From contig CALJER010000003.1 in the NCBI GenBank assembly GCA_938074535.1, forward strand, positions 1 through 64,000: a stretch of DNA of 64,000 bases, given 5' to 3'. Of this stretch, positions 9,930 through 20,081 are shown one piece after another (positions within the stretch are counted from its first letter, which is position 1; every line of letters starts with the position of its first letter). The position numbers and the translations under genes are program-made. This DNA is from an uncultured archaeon. GTDB taxonomy: Archaea; Hadarchaeota; Hadarchaeia; Hadarchaeales; WYZ-LMO6. The notes beneath the pieces were generated by a model, which was not told where the DNA came from, made no database searches, and saw only the letters and a list, made by a program, of their open reading frames with translations.

Positions 9930-10406
9930 TCAGTACGTTACCTCTACCGACACGAGGGTTTGGTTCTTGGGCACCCACTTAAGCGACACCGTGTCACCTA
10001 TCTTCAAGCCTGTGTCGTATTTTACTCTTATCAGGTCCCCCACCACCATCGATTTGGATCCACTAATTGTGCTGCCAGGATAGATTCTAGTTCCTTCCGA
10101 AATGAACTCCACTAAGTTGTCCCCCGCAATCGATGCGATTACCCCGTTTATCCTGAGTTCCAAGTTCTTCCACTTGAGCGTGCCAGCCGCATTCTCAATC
10201 ACGTCGGGCGCCCTCTCCCCATAGACGTGCTTGATGGTGATCATCTTCCTTCCGCTCTCTATGTTCTCCAGGGAAAGCTGTCCGCTGAAGGGTGTGGCCG
10301 GCTGGGGGGCTGAGGCGAGTGAAAGCGCCAGAATGGCTGCGACGGCGAACACTATGGCTATCAGCACGATGGTCGCTATCATGGGTGAAACTCCTCTGCT
10401 GTCCAT
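9930..10406 (-). CDS. Type IV pilin, candidate major pilin
   Basis: SRG/VSPMIATIVLIAI; WKNLELRING; perfect GGAGGTGA SD and own TATA-like box. Confidence 0.85.
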   Translation of the reverse strand: MDSRGVSPMIATIVLIAIVFAVAAILALSLASAPQPATPFSGQLSLENIESGRKMITIKHVYGERAPDVIENAAGTLKWKNLELRINGVIASIAGDNLVEFISEGTRIYPGSTISGSKSMVVGDLIRVKYDTGLKIGDTVSLKWVPKNQTLVSVEVTY

Positions 10407-10410
10407 TTCT

Positions 10411-10455
10411 TCACCTCCTTTTTTCTGAGGAATACTCGGGAGGGAGGCTTAAAAA
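10411..10455 (-). promoter_or_regulatory. TATA-like box (TTTTTAAG) and Shine-Dalgarno (GGAGGTGA) of the stand-alone pilin
   Basis: Forward cttaaaaa at 10448-10455 and tcacctcc at 10411-10418, complementary to the 16S 3' end in this window. Confidence 0.55.
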
Positions 10456-10549
10456 GGTTTGGGAGAACTGCTCAGGGAAGCACGGGAGGGTACCACACGG
10501 GGATGGGTGCATCCTCATCCTTTAACTCCCCTGGAGGGAAGTTAGGGAG

Positions 10550-12331
10550 ATGGGGCCCTGCAGGGGAGTCTCGGTGATGGTGAGCGTGGTGCTCATCCTC
10601 CTGGTGCTCATCCTGGCCGGCTCCGCCCTCCTGGTCCTCTACGGCCGCTCGGCCACGAGGAGTTCGGAGGGCAGGCTGCTCAGCTCCCTCCAGACGGAGT
10701 TCCTGGACCTCCAGTCCTCCCTCTGGAGCCTGAAGGGGGGGGAGGAGGTGCGGGCGAACCTCAGGCTGAGCGCCGAGGAGCCCCTCCTCTCCGCCTGGAA
10801 GGGGAGGGCCGGGAGTCTACGCCTGGTTCCTTCCGGTGCTCTGTACATGAGGAGGATTGCCATCACCAATCCCAAGAGCTACCCCCTTTACTATTTCCCC
10901 GTAAAGATAGAGCTCAACACCTCCAACTTCGACTTCAGCAGGGTGAGGAAGGACGGGGGGGATATAAGGTTCTACAGGGGCGAGGTTCCCCTGAGGTACT
11001 ACGTGGAGAGATGGGACTATCCCAACAGCGCCGTGATATGGGTGAACGTGCCCTACCTTCCTCCGCGCCCTGGGACCGAAAACGTGGAGATGTACTACGG
11101 GATGGTGGATGTGGAGAGCACCAGCGACCCCCGCGTCCTCTGGCTGATCATGGAGGACATGAGCGCTCCTCCCTCGGGAACCCTGAAGAGGGTCGCCACC
11201 GGCTGGTATGCGAGAACCGCCCTTCCGGAGTACGTGGGGGGGAGAGGCTATGTGAGACTCACTGCTAACAGGAAGTGGCAGAACGGGCAGCTAGAGTACC
11301 AGCTCGGGTACCAGCTCAACCCGGTGGAGGGCTTCCTGGCGAGGTTCGAGTTCTGGGCGGGGCTCACCACCACCTCCCTGCCGGGTAGTGAGGGTGCCGA
11401 CGCCACCTGGCTGTATGCCTACTGTACCTCCACCCCTCAAGAGGAGCTCTCAGCTGCGGGAGGCTATCACTTCGTCTTCGACGAGTACGACGATCAGCTC
11501 CAGCTCTTCTGGAACGGTTCCTCTCTAACCGCCGTGGGGAGGACCGACATAGACAACATGAGCTGGCACTCCGTAGAGATAAGGCACTGGAGGGAGGCCA
11601 CGGGGGAGAACATCCAAATCTGGTACGACGGGTCCCTGGTGCTCTCCTACCTGGACTCGATTAGGAACAAGACCGGGACCCTCTTCGGCTGGGGGGCCAG
11701 GACGGGGGAGAACACCAACGAGCACAGGATCAGGAACCTGTACGTTCGGAAGTACACCAACCCCGAGCCCCAGGCCTGGGTGGGTGCGGAGGAGAGGGTC
11801 TCCGGGGGGCCCTTCTTGGGCATGGGGGGCATGGGCTTCGGTTCCCTTGAGGTGGAGGCCAGGGGCTGGTTCACCCCCGCCACCACCTTCATCCTGGAGG
11901 GGGGGGCGGTGCTGGTGGAGGATGCGGGGGGGTGCCGCATGCTCTCCCCTCCCCACCTCCTCGTGGTGGGAGGGGAGAACACCCTCACCGTGACCCATGT
12001 TCTGGTGGGAGGACCCTCCCTCAGCCTCTCCTGCCTGGGGGGGAAGAAGCTCAGGTTGAGGTGCACCGGCGCCTGGTACAGGGAGAGGCCTTTGGAAGGT
12101 CCCAACAGGGAGAACGTGGTGCTGGACCTGAGCACCAGGGTGAGGCCGGGGCACAGGGGGGCCTGGCAGAGGTACCTGGAGGGGCTGAGGGACGAGCTGA
12201 ACTCCAGGGGGCTGAACGCCACCCTCTCGGGACTGACGCTCGCCGTGCTGGGGAAGAACACGTCCGCCGGTGTCAAGGATCTCTACTACTACGAGAGAGT
12301 GGTGGAGGTGGAGGTTGAAGCCCTCTCTTAG
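10550..12331 (+). CDS. Pilin-like protein with inserted DUF2341-like and lectin-like domains
   Basis: RG/VSVMVSVVLIL signal; FDFSRVRKDGGDIRFY...YYVERWD...IWVNVP...MYYG (DUF2341-like); GADA, DEYD, FGWGARTG..TNEHRI (L-lectin-like). Confidence 0.7.
   Translation: MGPCRGVSVMVSVVLILLVLILAGSALLVLYGRSATRSSEGRLLSSLQTEFLDLQSSLWSLKGGEEVRANLRLSAEEPLLSAWKGRAGSLRLVPSGALYMRRIAITNPKSYPLYYFPVKIELNTSNFDFSRVRKDGGDIRFYRGEVPLRYYVERWDYPNSAVIWVNVPYLPPRPGTENVEMYYGMVDVESTSDPRVLWLIMEDMSAPPSGTLKRVATGWYARTALPEYVGGRGYVRLTANRKWQNGQLEYQLGYQLNPVEGFLARFEFWAGLTTTSLPGSEGADATWLYAYCTSTPQEELSAAGGYHFVFDEYDDQLQLFWNGSSLTAVGRTDIDNMSWHSVEIRHWREATGENIQIWYDGSLVLSYLDSIRNKTGTLFGWGARTGENTNEHRIRNLYVRKYTNPEPQAWVGAEERVSGGPFLGMGGMGFGSLEVEARGWFTPATTFILEGGAVLVEDAGGCRMLSPPHLLVVGGENTLTVTHVLVGGPSLSLSCLGGKKLRLRCTGAWYRERPLEGPNRENVVLDLSTRVRPGHRGAWQRYLEGLRDELNSRGLNATLSGLTLAVLGKNTSAGVKDLYYYERVVEVEVEALS
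12184..12236 (+). repeat. 53-bp exact direct repeat, copy 1
   Basis: gctgagggacgagctgaactccagggggctgaacgccaccctctcgggactga, identical to 13762-13814. Confidence 0.9.
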
Positions 12332-13118
12332 GCAGGAAGGCCTCTCCCCCATAGTGGGGGCGGTGCTGGTGATAGGGATCTTCACAGGTCTGGCCGTGAC
12401 GGTTTACTCTTCCTACTCCAGGGCCGCTTCCAGGAACGAGGAGGGGGAGACCCTCTCCTCCCTCCTCCGGAGCTTTCTCCAGGTGAAGGAGGGGATGGTC
12501 GGTTTGGAGAACGGGGAGACCTTTTCGGTGCAGTTCAAGCTCAACGTGGGGGGGAGGGCGGGTGGAACGCTCTGGGCGAAATCGAACTGGGGGGGAAGCG
12601 GGGGGGTGGGCTTCACCTCCAGGGGCATGGAGACGGGGGATGTGACCCTCCTGCTGGAGGAAGGCTGCCTCATCAGGCTCTCCAGGGAGGGAGCGGATAT
12701 GCTTTCCCCCCCGGCCATGCTCAAGATAAGCGGGGTCAGGGTGGAGAACATGGTGAGGTGGCTGAGGGTGGACGTGCACCACCTGGTGGTGGAGAACTGC
12801 TGGCTCCAGCTGGCCTCCACCTCCCCCCTGAACCTCCGTTTCGTATGCACCTCCGACAACTACAGGGTGGCTCCCGAAAACGGGAGACCCAACCGGGAAA
12901 AGGTGGTCCTGAACCTGGAGAACCTGGTCTCTTCGGAAACCAGAAGGGCGTGGAGGGAATACCTGCAGTACGCGGCCTCCCTCTATCCCCCCCACTACGG
13001 GATCTCCCTTTCCCCCGAAACTCTCACCCTGACGGTGGAGGGCTTCGAAAACACCCCGGGGATTAACGATCTCCTGTACTACGAGAGGTGGACCGGGGTG
13101 AGGGTGGAGGTGGCCTGA
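12315..13118 (+). CDS. Pilin-like protein (second family)
   Basis: EG/LSPIVGAVLVIGI; LEEG, PNREKVVLNL, DLLYYER motifs; TTG start inferred. Confidence 0.7.
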   Translation: MKPSLRQEGLSPIVGAVLVIGIFTGLAVTVYSSYSRAASRNEEGETLSSLLRSFLQVKEGMVGLENGETFSVQFKLNVGGRAGGTLWAKSNWGGSGGVGFTSRGMETGDVTLLLEEGCLIRLSREGADMLSPPAMLKISGVRVENMVRWLRVDVHHLVVENCWLQLASTSPLNLRFVCTSDNYRVAPENGRPNREKVVLNLENLVSSETRRAWREYLQYAASLYPPHYGISLSPETLTLTVEGFENTPGINDLLYYERWTGVRVEVA

Positions 13119-13906
13119 TGGAGAGGGGAGTGGTAGCGGTGGTGGCGGCCACGCTGCTGGTCCTGCTCCTGGTCATGGCCCTCCTCCTCTTCCTCCCCCC
13201 CTTCCTGGAGTCGCAGGCCAAGACCAGGGAGATGGCCCAGATGGAGGAGGTCAGAGAGGCCTTCTCCTCCGTTCAGGCCGGGCTTTACCGGATGGCTCAG
13301 GGCGACTCCCTCAGCTTCGCCCTCCCCATGTCCCCCGCTTCCTTCTTCCTCTACCCCACCGGGGAGGCCGCCTGCCTTTCCTTCGGGGTGAAGCGGACGG
13401 AGAACGACCTGGGGAGGGTGAGGTACTCCATGCACACACGCTCTTATCCCCGCTACACCCTGGCCCTGGAGGGAGGGGGGGTGGTGCTGGAGCAGGGGGG
13501 TGTTTCCCTCATGACCCTTCCTCCCCTGCTGGTCAGGGCCGTGGACCTGGGAGAGAACAGAGTGAGGGTGGATGTGGAGTGGGTCTACCTGGTGGGGGAA
13601 AACCTCAGGCTCTCCAAGAGGAGCCCTGCCGCCCTCACCCTGACCTGCCTGGAGGAGGGTTACTCCGTGTGGGCGGAGGAGAACTGCAATGCCGAGAACG
13701 TGGTGGTGGACCTGACGGGGAGGGTGGAGCACGAGAATGCCTGGAAAAGGTACCTTGGGGAGCTGAGGGACGAGCTGAACTCCAGGGGGCTGAACGCCAC
13801 CCTCTCGGGACTGAGGCTCACCGTGCAGGGCAAGGTCACGACGGCTGGCACGAAGGACCTCTACTACTTCGAGCATGTGAGAAAAGTGGCGGTATGGTTG
13901 GCATGA
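13118..13906 (+). CDS. Pilin-like protein (second family)
   Basis: ERG/VVAVVAATLLV; LEGGGVV, ENVVVDL, DLYYFE motifs. Confidence 0.7.
   Translation: MERGVVAVVAATLLVLLLVMALLLFLPPFLESQAKTREMAQMEEVREAFSSVQAGLYRMAQGDSLSFALPMSPASFFLYPTGEAACLSFGVKRTENDLGRVRYSMHTRSYPRYTLALEGGGVVLEQGGVSLMTLPPLLVRAVDLGENRVRVDVEWVYLVGENLRLSKRSPAALTLTCLEEGYSVWAEENCNAENVVVDLTGRVEHENAWKRYLGELRDELNSRGLNATLSGLRLTVQGKVTTAGTKDLYYFEHVRKVAVWLA
13762..13814 (+). repeat. 53-bp exact direct repeat, copy 2
   Basis: Identical to 12184-12236; both encode LRDELNSRGLNATLSGL. Confidence 0.9.
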
Positions 13907-14346
13907 GAGAGGAAGGGGTTTCCGTGATGGTGGGGGTGATGACCCTCATAGCCATGGCAGTGGCGCTGGCGGCCGCTTTTTCCCTGGCCATGCGGGGGTG
14001 GGAGGTGAAGAGTCCCTCCCAGGTCCTGCTGGAGCTGAGGATGGAGAAGGACAGGTACGGAAGGGACAACCTGATCCTCACGCACCTGGGCGGTGATCCC
14101 CTCCCTGAGGCCTTCAGTCTCTCCAACGGGGCCATTTCCTGGAAGAACCTGGAGGTGAGGGTGAACGGGGTGAGGGTGGAGGTTGGCTCTGGGGCTCTCC
14201 TCAACGGGCAGGGCTCCACGAGCGGGACGGTGCGGTTCCTCAGGGGGGACGAGCTCTCCTTTCCCCTCTCGGGGCTGCGGGAGGGTGACTCTCTCTCCGT
14301 GATCTACAGACCTGCCGGACAGGTGCTGCTGGAGATCAGGATATGA
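13903..14346 (+). CDS. Type IV pilin-like protein
   Basis: EEG/VSVMVGVMTLIA; WKNLEVRVNG; VIYRPAGQVL. Confidence 0.8.
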   Translation: MREEGVSVMVGVMTLIAMAVALAAAFSLAMRGWEVKSPSQVLLELRMEKDRYGRDNLILTHLGGDPLPEAFSLSNGAISWKNLEVRVNGVRVEVGSGALLNGQGSTSGTVRFLRGDELSFPLSGLREGDSLSVIYRPAGQVLLEIRI

Positions 14347-14621
14347 GTTATTTTTGTGTGAGGCGAGAGATGGGCGCCCGTGGAGCGAGGAAAACCGTGG
14401 GGATTGAGCCTCGCCTCTCGATAATTCACCCCGGGCGGTGCGGCGGTGGGCAGGGCCCTGAAGACGCTGGCTATTTCCCTCACCTTCCATCCTGCGGAGG
14501 AAGTCCTCATGGGAGGAGGGGGAAAGAAGCTTCCTGAGGTTAGCTTGGACTCCCACCTTTGAAGAGGGTGGAGGGAGGAGTTTAACTCGGGGGTCCCCCC
14601 GGCGGACCAAATGAGGGGATC

Positions 14622-15377
14622 TCAGAGCTCGCTCTTGAGCACGATGGGCTCCCTCACCCTTCCCTGCCTTATCTCGTGCAGCCCCTCGCTGGCCAGCAGG
14701 GCGGCCCTCTCCGCCGTCCTCGCCACCCCCACCCCGGCCTTGAGCCCCACCCCCAGCCTCCTCTTGACCCGGGAGAACACGGAGGAGAGGCCCTCCAGGG
14801 CCAGACCGTTGGAGGGGACCATGAAGTTGTCCCCTCCCGTGTAGAACACCAGGCACTTCTTGGGGAGGAGGAGCTCCATCAGGGCCAGATGGGTGCGCTG
14901 GATCAGGAGATGGGTGTCGTAGATGGGCCTGGTGTCGGTGAGGCGCGTGGAGTGGTTGAGGTCCAGGTGGGCGATCTGCACCACCCCCTCCTCCAGGGAC
15001 CTCAGGGCCTCCCCGGCCACCTTCCCCCTCCTCCCCCCGGAGCGGCTGCTTCCCAGGCCCTGAAGGATCCTGCTGGCCCTGCGCTGGGCCTCGTAGGGGG
15101 TCCTCGCCACCCCCACCCCCATGCTGACCGTCACGGGGAACTTCCTGTTGATCCTCCTCGCTATCTCCACATGCTCCTGGAGGGAGATCCCGTTGGAGAG
15201 GGCAAGCAGGTTGTCCTGTCGGGTCTGGAAGACCAGTCCCTTCCTCTTCTTGAACTCCCTCTCGAGGGAGGAGAAGATCTCCGCCTGGAGCACCTGGAGC
15301 TCCGCCTCAGGGCGGGGCCCGGGGGTGACCGTCCAGGGACCGTAGTTGTCCAGCTGGATCAGGGTGAGCTGGAGCAT
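14622..15377 (-). CDS. gch3: GTP cyclohydrolase III (IIa)
   Basis: IQLDNYGPWTVTPGPRPE, HLDLN, GGDNF motifs. Confidence 0.9.
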   Translation of the reverse strand: MLQLTLIQLDNYGPWTVTPGPRPEAELQVLQAEIFSSLEREFKKRKGLVFQTRQDNLLALSNGISLQEHVEIARRINRKFPVTVSMGVGVARTPYEAQRRASRILQGLGSSRSGGRRGKVAGEALRSLEEGVVQIAHLDLNHSTRLTDTRPIYDTHLLIQRTHLALMELLLPKKCLVFYTGGDNFMVPSNGLALEGLSSVFSRVKRRLGVGLKAGVGVARTAERAALLASEGLHEIRQGRVREPIVLKSEL

Positions 15378-15458
15378 CTTTTTACTCTTTCCCAGGCTTT
15401 TTTACCGTTTCGGAGCCCGGCAGGAAAGACCCTTTTTCCCTCCCGCCGAGTTCTCCTG

Positions 15459-16733
15459 ATGAGGGTCTACCTGGAAACGCACGGCTGCACGGCCAACAGG
15501 GGAGACGGGGAGATCCTGGCGGGCCTCCTCTCGGGGCGGGGGTGCTCGCTCGCGGGGAGACCGGAGGAGGCGGAGGTCCTCCTCCTGAACACCTGCGTGG
15601 TGAAGGGGGAAACCCGCAGGAGGATGCTGCGCAGGATGGCGGAGCTGGCCGGGACGGGCAAACCGCTGGTGGTGGGGGGCTGCCTTCCGCTGGTGGATCT
15701 CCCTTCGGTCCTGAAGGAAAAGCCGGCCGCCGTGATCTCCTGCCGCTCCCTTCCGCGCGTGGTGGAGGCGGTGGAGAGGGTGGGGAGGGGGGAGAGGGGC
15801 CTGCTCCTGCTCCACGGGGAGCCGGCCGAAAAGCCCGGCCTTCCCAAGCTGCGCTCCGGCCCCGTCAGCGCCATCGTGCAGATAGGGGAGGGGTGTCTCT
15901 CCTCCTGCACGTACTGCTCCGTGAGGCTGGCCAGGGGGAGGCTGAGGAGCTTCCCTCCCGAAAAGCTGGTGGAGGAGGTGAGGGAGGCCGTGGGAAGGGG
16001 GTACAGGGAGATCCTCCTCACCTCCCAGGACAACGCGGCCTACGGCAGGGACAGGGGCTGGGACCTCCCCTCCCTCCTCAGGAAGGTGGTGGGGGTGGAG
16101 GGAAGGTTCAGGGTGAGGGTGGGGATGATGAACCCTGAGAACGTTAGGCCCCTCCTCCCGGAGCTGCTCCAGGCCTACCGGGACGAGAAGGTCTACCGCT
16201 TCCTCCACCTCCCCCTCCAGTCGGGGGACGACAGGGTGCTGGGGGCGATGGGGAGGGGATACACGGTGGAGGAGTTCCTGGAGGTGGTGGGGGCCTTCAG
16301 GGCGGAGTTCCCCGAGCTCTGCCTGGTGACGGACGTGATCGCCGGCTTCCCCACGGAGACCGAGGAGGAGTTCGAGCGGACGGTGGAGGTCCTGACGGAG
16401 CTCAGGCCGGACAGGGTGAACCTCTCCCGCTTCTCCCCCATGCCGGGGACTCCCGCCTCCCGCCTTCCCCCCCTTCCGGGAAGGGAGGTGGCCAGGAGGT
16501 CCAGGATCCTCACCTCCCTCTGCCTCTCCCTCTCCCTGGAGGGGAACAGGAGGTACGTGGGGTGGGAGGGGGAGGCCCTGATCACGGAGGAGGGATGGAA
16601 GGGGGGGTGGGTGGCCAGGCTTCCCAACTACAAGCTGGCGGTCCTGTCTGAGGGCAGGCCGGGGGAGTTCGTGAGGGTGAGGGTGAGGGAGGCCAGGCCC
16701 ACCTATTTAGTGGCGGAGAGGGTGGAGGGATGA
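15459..16733 (+). CDS. tRNA methylthiotransferase (MiaB/MtaB-like radical SAM with TRAM domain)
   Basis: [45 protein letters not shown]. Confidence 0.92.
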   Translation: MRVYLETHGCTANRGDGEILAGLLSGRGCSLAGRPEEAEVLLLNTCVVKGETRRRMLRRMAELAGTGKPLVVGGCLPLVDLPSVLKEKPAAVISCRSLPRVVEAVERVGRGERGLLLLHGEPAEKPGLPKLRSGPVSAIVQIGEGCLSSCTYCSVRLARGRLRSFPPEKLVEEVREAVGRGYREILLTSQDNAAYGRDRGWDLPSLLRKVVGVEGRFRVRVGMMNPENVRPLLPELLQAYRDEKVYRFLHLPLQSGDDRVLGAMGRGYTVEEFLEVVGAFRAEFPELCLVTDVIAGFPTETEEEFERTVEVLTELRPDRVNLSRFSPMPGTPASRLPPLPGREVARRSRILTSLCLSLSLEGNRRYVGWEGEALITEEGWKGGWVARLPNYKLAVLSEGRPGEFVRVRVREARPTYLVAERVEG

Positions 16734-18064
16734 TGGAGCGCCCACCCTGCGCCCTGACCATAGCGGGCTCCGACTCCGGGGGAGGGGCGGGGATCCAGGC
16801 CGATCTGGCCACCTTCAGGGCCCTGGGGGTTCACGGGGCGTGCGTCCTCACCGCCCTCACCGCCCAGAACACCAGAGGGGTCCGTGGAATCCTGGAGGTC
16901 CCACCGGAGTTCGTGGAGAGGCAGCTGGAGGCGGTGCTGGAGGACCTGCCCTTGGAGTGGGGTAAGACCGGGATGCTGTACACGGAAGGGGTGAGGAGGG
17001 CGGTGGTCTCGGGGGCGAAGAGGCACGGGCTGAGGCTGGTGGTGGATCCGGTGAGGAGGGCCTCCACGGGAGCCGAGCTTTCCAGGGGGGGAATGGAGGA
17101 GCTGCTGGCGGTGGCGGAGGTGGTCACTCCCAACGTACCCGAGGCGGAGGAGCTCTCGGGCCTGAGGATACGCTCCCTGGAGGGAATGAGGAAGGCGGCG
17201 GAGAAGATCGCGGAGAGGGGGGCGAAGGCGGTCCTGCTCAAGGGGGGGCACCTGAGGGGCTCCAGGGTCTCGGACCTGCTCTACCTGGAGGGGAAGGTGA
17301 GGGTGTTCGAGGCCCCCCGTCTGTCCCCCTCCTTCCACGGAACGGGCTGCGTCCTCTCCGCGGCCCTCACCGCCGAGCTGGCGAAGGGGAAGGGGGTGGA
17401 GGAGGCGGTGGAGGCTGCCCTGGCCTTTCTGAGGGGATTGCTGGGAAGAGGGCTGAAGGTGGGGAGGGGGGAGCTGCTGGTGCTGGATCCCGTCCTTCCC
17501 CTCAGGGAGGAGGCGGAGAGGGGGAGGGCGGTGGAGGAGGTCTGGAGGGCGGCGCAGCTCCTATGCTCCGAGCCCCGCTTCGCCTCCCTCCTCCCGGAGG
17601 TGGGGACGAACGTGGTGATGGTCCCCGCGGGGGCGAAGGAGCTCTCCCAGGTGGTGGGTCTTTCCGGGAGGATAGTGGAGGTGGAGGGAAGGCCGCACCT
17701 CACGGGCTTCCCCAAGGCCGGGGGCTCCGAGCACGTGGCCAGGCTGGTGCTCACCGCCAGCTCCTTCGATCCCTCCCTCCGGGCCGGCCTCAACCTCCGC
17801 TTCTCCCCCTCCCTGGTGAGGGCCTGCAGGAGGCTGGGCCTGGAGGTGGGGGAGTTCAGGAGGGAGGAGGAGCCCAGGGGGGTGAAGACCATGGCTTGGG
17901 CGGTTAAGTACCTGGCAGGGAAGAGGGGTAAGGTGCCCAGGGTGATCGTGGACAGGGGAGGGAGGGGAAAGGAGGCCATGGTCAGGCTGCTGGGGAGGAC
18001 GCCCGCGGAGGTGGCGGAGCTTGCCCTGCGCCTCCTCAGGGAGGTGGAAGAACGGGAAGGGTGA
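16730..18064 (+). CDS. thiDN: Hydroxymethylpyrimidine/phosphomethylpyrimidine kinase fused to ThiN
   Basis: [28 protein letters not shown]; C-terminal LPEVGTN...GGSEHVAR...GKE ThiN domain. Confidence 0.9.
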   Translation: MMERPPCALTIAGSDSGGGAGIQADLATFRALGVHGACVLTALTAQNTRGVRGILEVPPEFVERQLEAVLEDLPLEWGKTGMLYTEGVRRAVVSGAKRHGLRLVVDPVRRASTGAELSRGGMEELLAVAEVVTPNVPEAEELSGLRIRSLEGMRKAAEKIAERGAKAVLLKGGHLRGSRVSDLLYLEGKVRVFEAPRLSPSFHGTGCVLSAALTAELAKGKGVEEAVEAALAFLRGLLGRGLKVGRGELLVLDPVLPLREEAERGRAVEEVWRAAQLLCSEPRFASLLPEVGTNVVMVPAGAKELSQVVGLSGRIVEVEGRPHLTGFPKAGGSEHVARLVLTASSFDPSLRAGLNLRFSPSLVRACRRLGLEVGEFRREEEPRGVKTMAWAVKYLAGKRGKVPRVIVDRGGRGKEAMVRLLGRTPAEVAELALRLLREVEEREG

Positions 18065-18246
18065 GGCAGGTCTACGTGAAGAGGGCGGCCAGACAGCTCC
18101 TGGAGCTGTACCCAGACCGCTTCACCGCCGACTTCTCCAAGAACCGGGAAGTCCTGGACGAGCTGCTGGAGGTGGAGAGCAAGCCCCTGAAGAACCGCAT
18201 AGCGGGCTACCTCACCTCCATGGTGAAGCGGAGGAGCACGGACTGA
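18061..18246 (+). CDS. rps17e: 30S ribosomal protein S17e
   Basis: YVKRAARQLLELYPDRFTADFSKN...KNRIAGYLT. Confidence 0.93.
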   Translation: MRQVYVKRAARQLLELYPDRFTADFSKNREVLDELLEVESKPLKNRIAGYLTSMVKRRSTD

Positions 18247-18634
18247 GCCGGTCCGAAGGCCTTCCCTGGATTTTGGGAAAAGGGAGCAAAAAATCGGCAC
18301 AGGACACAGGTCCGGAGGGTCGAGAAGGGTTCGGGCGGTTAGTGCCGGTGGGCTGAGCACCTCGCCCTTTCGGGCTCGATGCGTACACCCCCGGTCTATC
18401 AACGGGGTCTTCTAGCCCCAGCCCTTCGCCTCCCGCCCCTTTCGGAGCGGAAGGACACGGTGCCTGTTTTCGGGGGTCGCTTCGGCCTTAGATGCTTTCA
18501 GGCCTTATCGACTGGCGCGTGGCTACCCGGCGATGCCCTGTCGGACAACCGGTACACTAGAGGCGCCGGCGTCCCGTTCCTCTCGTACTAGGGACACCTT
18601 CCCCTCAGGCACCGAGCACCCCCGAAAGATAGCA

Positions 18635-18676
<42 letters not shown>

Positions 18677-18743
18677 TTTTGATGGGCGAACAACCCCACC
18701 CTTGGCCGCTTATGCACGGCCAGGATAGGAAGAACCGACATCG

Positions 18744-19514
18744 CAGAGCTCTGGCTCCGGACTATTTCTCCACCCCGCTCTCCGCGGGGGCCGACGTGTG
18801 TCGGGACGCACCTGCGCCCCGACTCATCTGCCTTCCGGCATCAGTCTCTACGGGGTGGGAAGCTTGTAAGAGAACTCGGGCAGAACGTGGGGCCGGACCA
18901 GCTCCAGGAACCTCCCGTTGCACCTCTTGAGGAGGCGCAGCCTGTGGCACTCGCCGTCCCTGTTCAGGTTGGCTATGAGGTAGAACCTGCGGAGCGCCCT
19001 GATCAGTCTGAACTGCTCCTCCACGCCGAACGCCTGGGTGTTGAAGTAGACGGCGTTCCTCGAGAGGCTGCCTCTGTCCATGAACCAGACCGCGAGGGCG
19101 AAGGGAGTCAGCATCTTCCCTATTCCCTCCGGAACGGTCTTCCTTCCGCCCCTGTAGAACTCCAGGTAGAGTCTGTCCAGCTCAGGATGGGTCCTCGTGA
19201 CGAGCTCGCAGCACTCCTTCCCGTTGCGGTGGTAGCTTCCCGGGCGGGCAAGGTCTCCCAGCATCCTGCGCTTCCATTCCACGTAGAAGGCCCTCCTGGA
19301 ACTCTGCGAGAACTCGAACACCACCTTGTTCCCTTGCTTCCGCAGGTGCCCGTCTCCGAGCAGCGAGCCTATCAGCAGCTCCCTCTGGGTCTCCGTGAGT
19401 TCCATCTTCCCACTTCCCTCGGAGTCACCCCCTTTATTCCCTTCCCCGCGGGGGGCTTCTCCGATATCAGTCGGTGCTCTGGCCGGCATTGCTGCCGCCA
19501 TACCCCAAAGGCTG
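18744..19514 (-). mobile_element. Group I intron in 23S at E. coli-equivalent 2500 (IA-like, extra P7.1/P7.2 stems)
   Basis: 5' exon ends UACCU and pairs with IGS GGGUA; terminal G before CGAUGUC; R element GUAGAGACUG; S element GAAAUAGUCC. Confidence 0.92.
18848..19405 (-). CDS. Intron-encoded double-motif LAGLIDADG endonuclease (second motif degenerate)
   Basis: LIGSLLGDGHL and LAVWFMDRGSL; the TAG stop lies inside the R element. Confidence 0.88.
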   Translation of the reverse strand: MELTETQRELLIGSLLGDGHLRKQGNKVVFEFSQSSRRAFYVEWKRRMLGDLARPGSYHRNGKECCELVTRTHPELDRLYLEFYRGGRKTVPEGIGKMLTPFALAVWFMDRGSLSRNAVYFNTQAFGVEEQFRLIRALRRFYLIANLNRDGECHRLRLLKRCNGRFLELVRPHVLPEFSYKLPTP

Positions 19515-20034
19515 AGGTAGCAAACCGCGGGGTCGATATGGACTCTCGCCCGCGACCACTCTGTTATCCCCGGGGTACCTTTTCTGTCATCCGGAGCCCT
19601 CACCAAGAGGGACATCCGGGTTCGCTAGGCCCGGCTTTCGCCCCTGCGCGCCTTGGTAGTGAGCGCGCAGTCAGACCGGCTTTTGGCCTTGTCCTTGGCG
19701 GCGGAGTTCTGACCCGCCTAAGCCGATCTTTGGACCCCCTCGATATCCTTTCGAGGGGCTGCCGCCCCAGCGAAACTGCCCACCTGCCGTTGTTCCCCTG
19801 GCGGGGTTAGGGGCGTGGTCGTGGATGGGCGGTGTTACATCGGCGCCTCCACCGGGCCCGAAGACCCGGCTTCGAAGGCTCCCGCCTACCCTCTGCACCC
19901 GCAACCGCGTCCCAGCGACAGGCTGCAGTAAAGGTCCACGGGGTCTTCGTTTCCCTTCGGGGGACCCCGGCATGTTCGCCGGCAAGCGGGTTCACCGGGT
20001 TCCAGGTCGGGACAGTGGGGGACTCGTTGATTCC

Positions 20035-20066
<32 letters not shown>

Positions 20067-20081
20067 TTACGCTACCTTAAG

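Noticed and set aside
14540-14612. Possible tRNA-Sec (minus-strand CUUCAAA loop) or plus-strand tRNA-like end (...GGACCA)
   Set aside because: No proper anticodon stem with a 7-nt loop, and no T-arm or acceptor stem
18247-18323. 5S rRNA downstream of 23S
   Set aside because: Only the 23S processing stem fits before the convergent rps17e; an unlinked 5S is common in archaea
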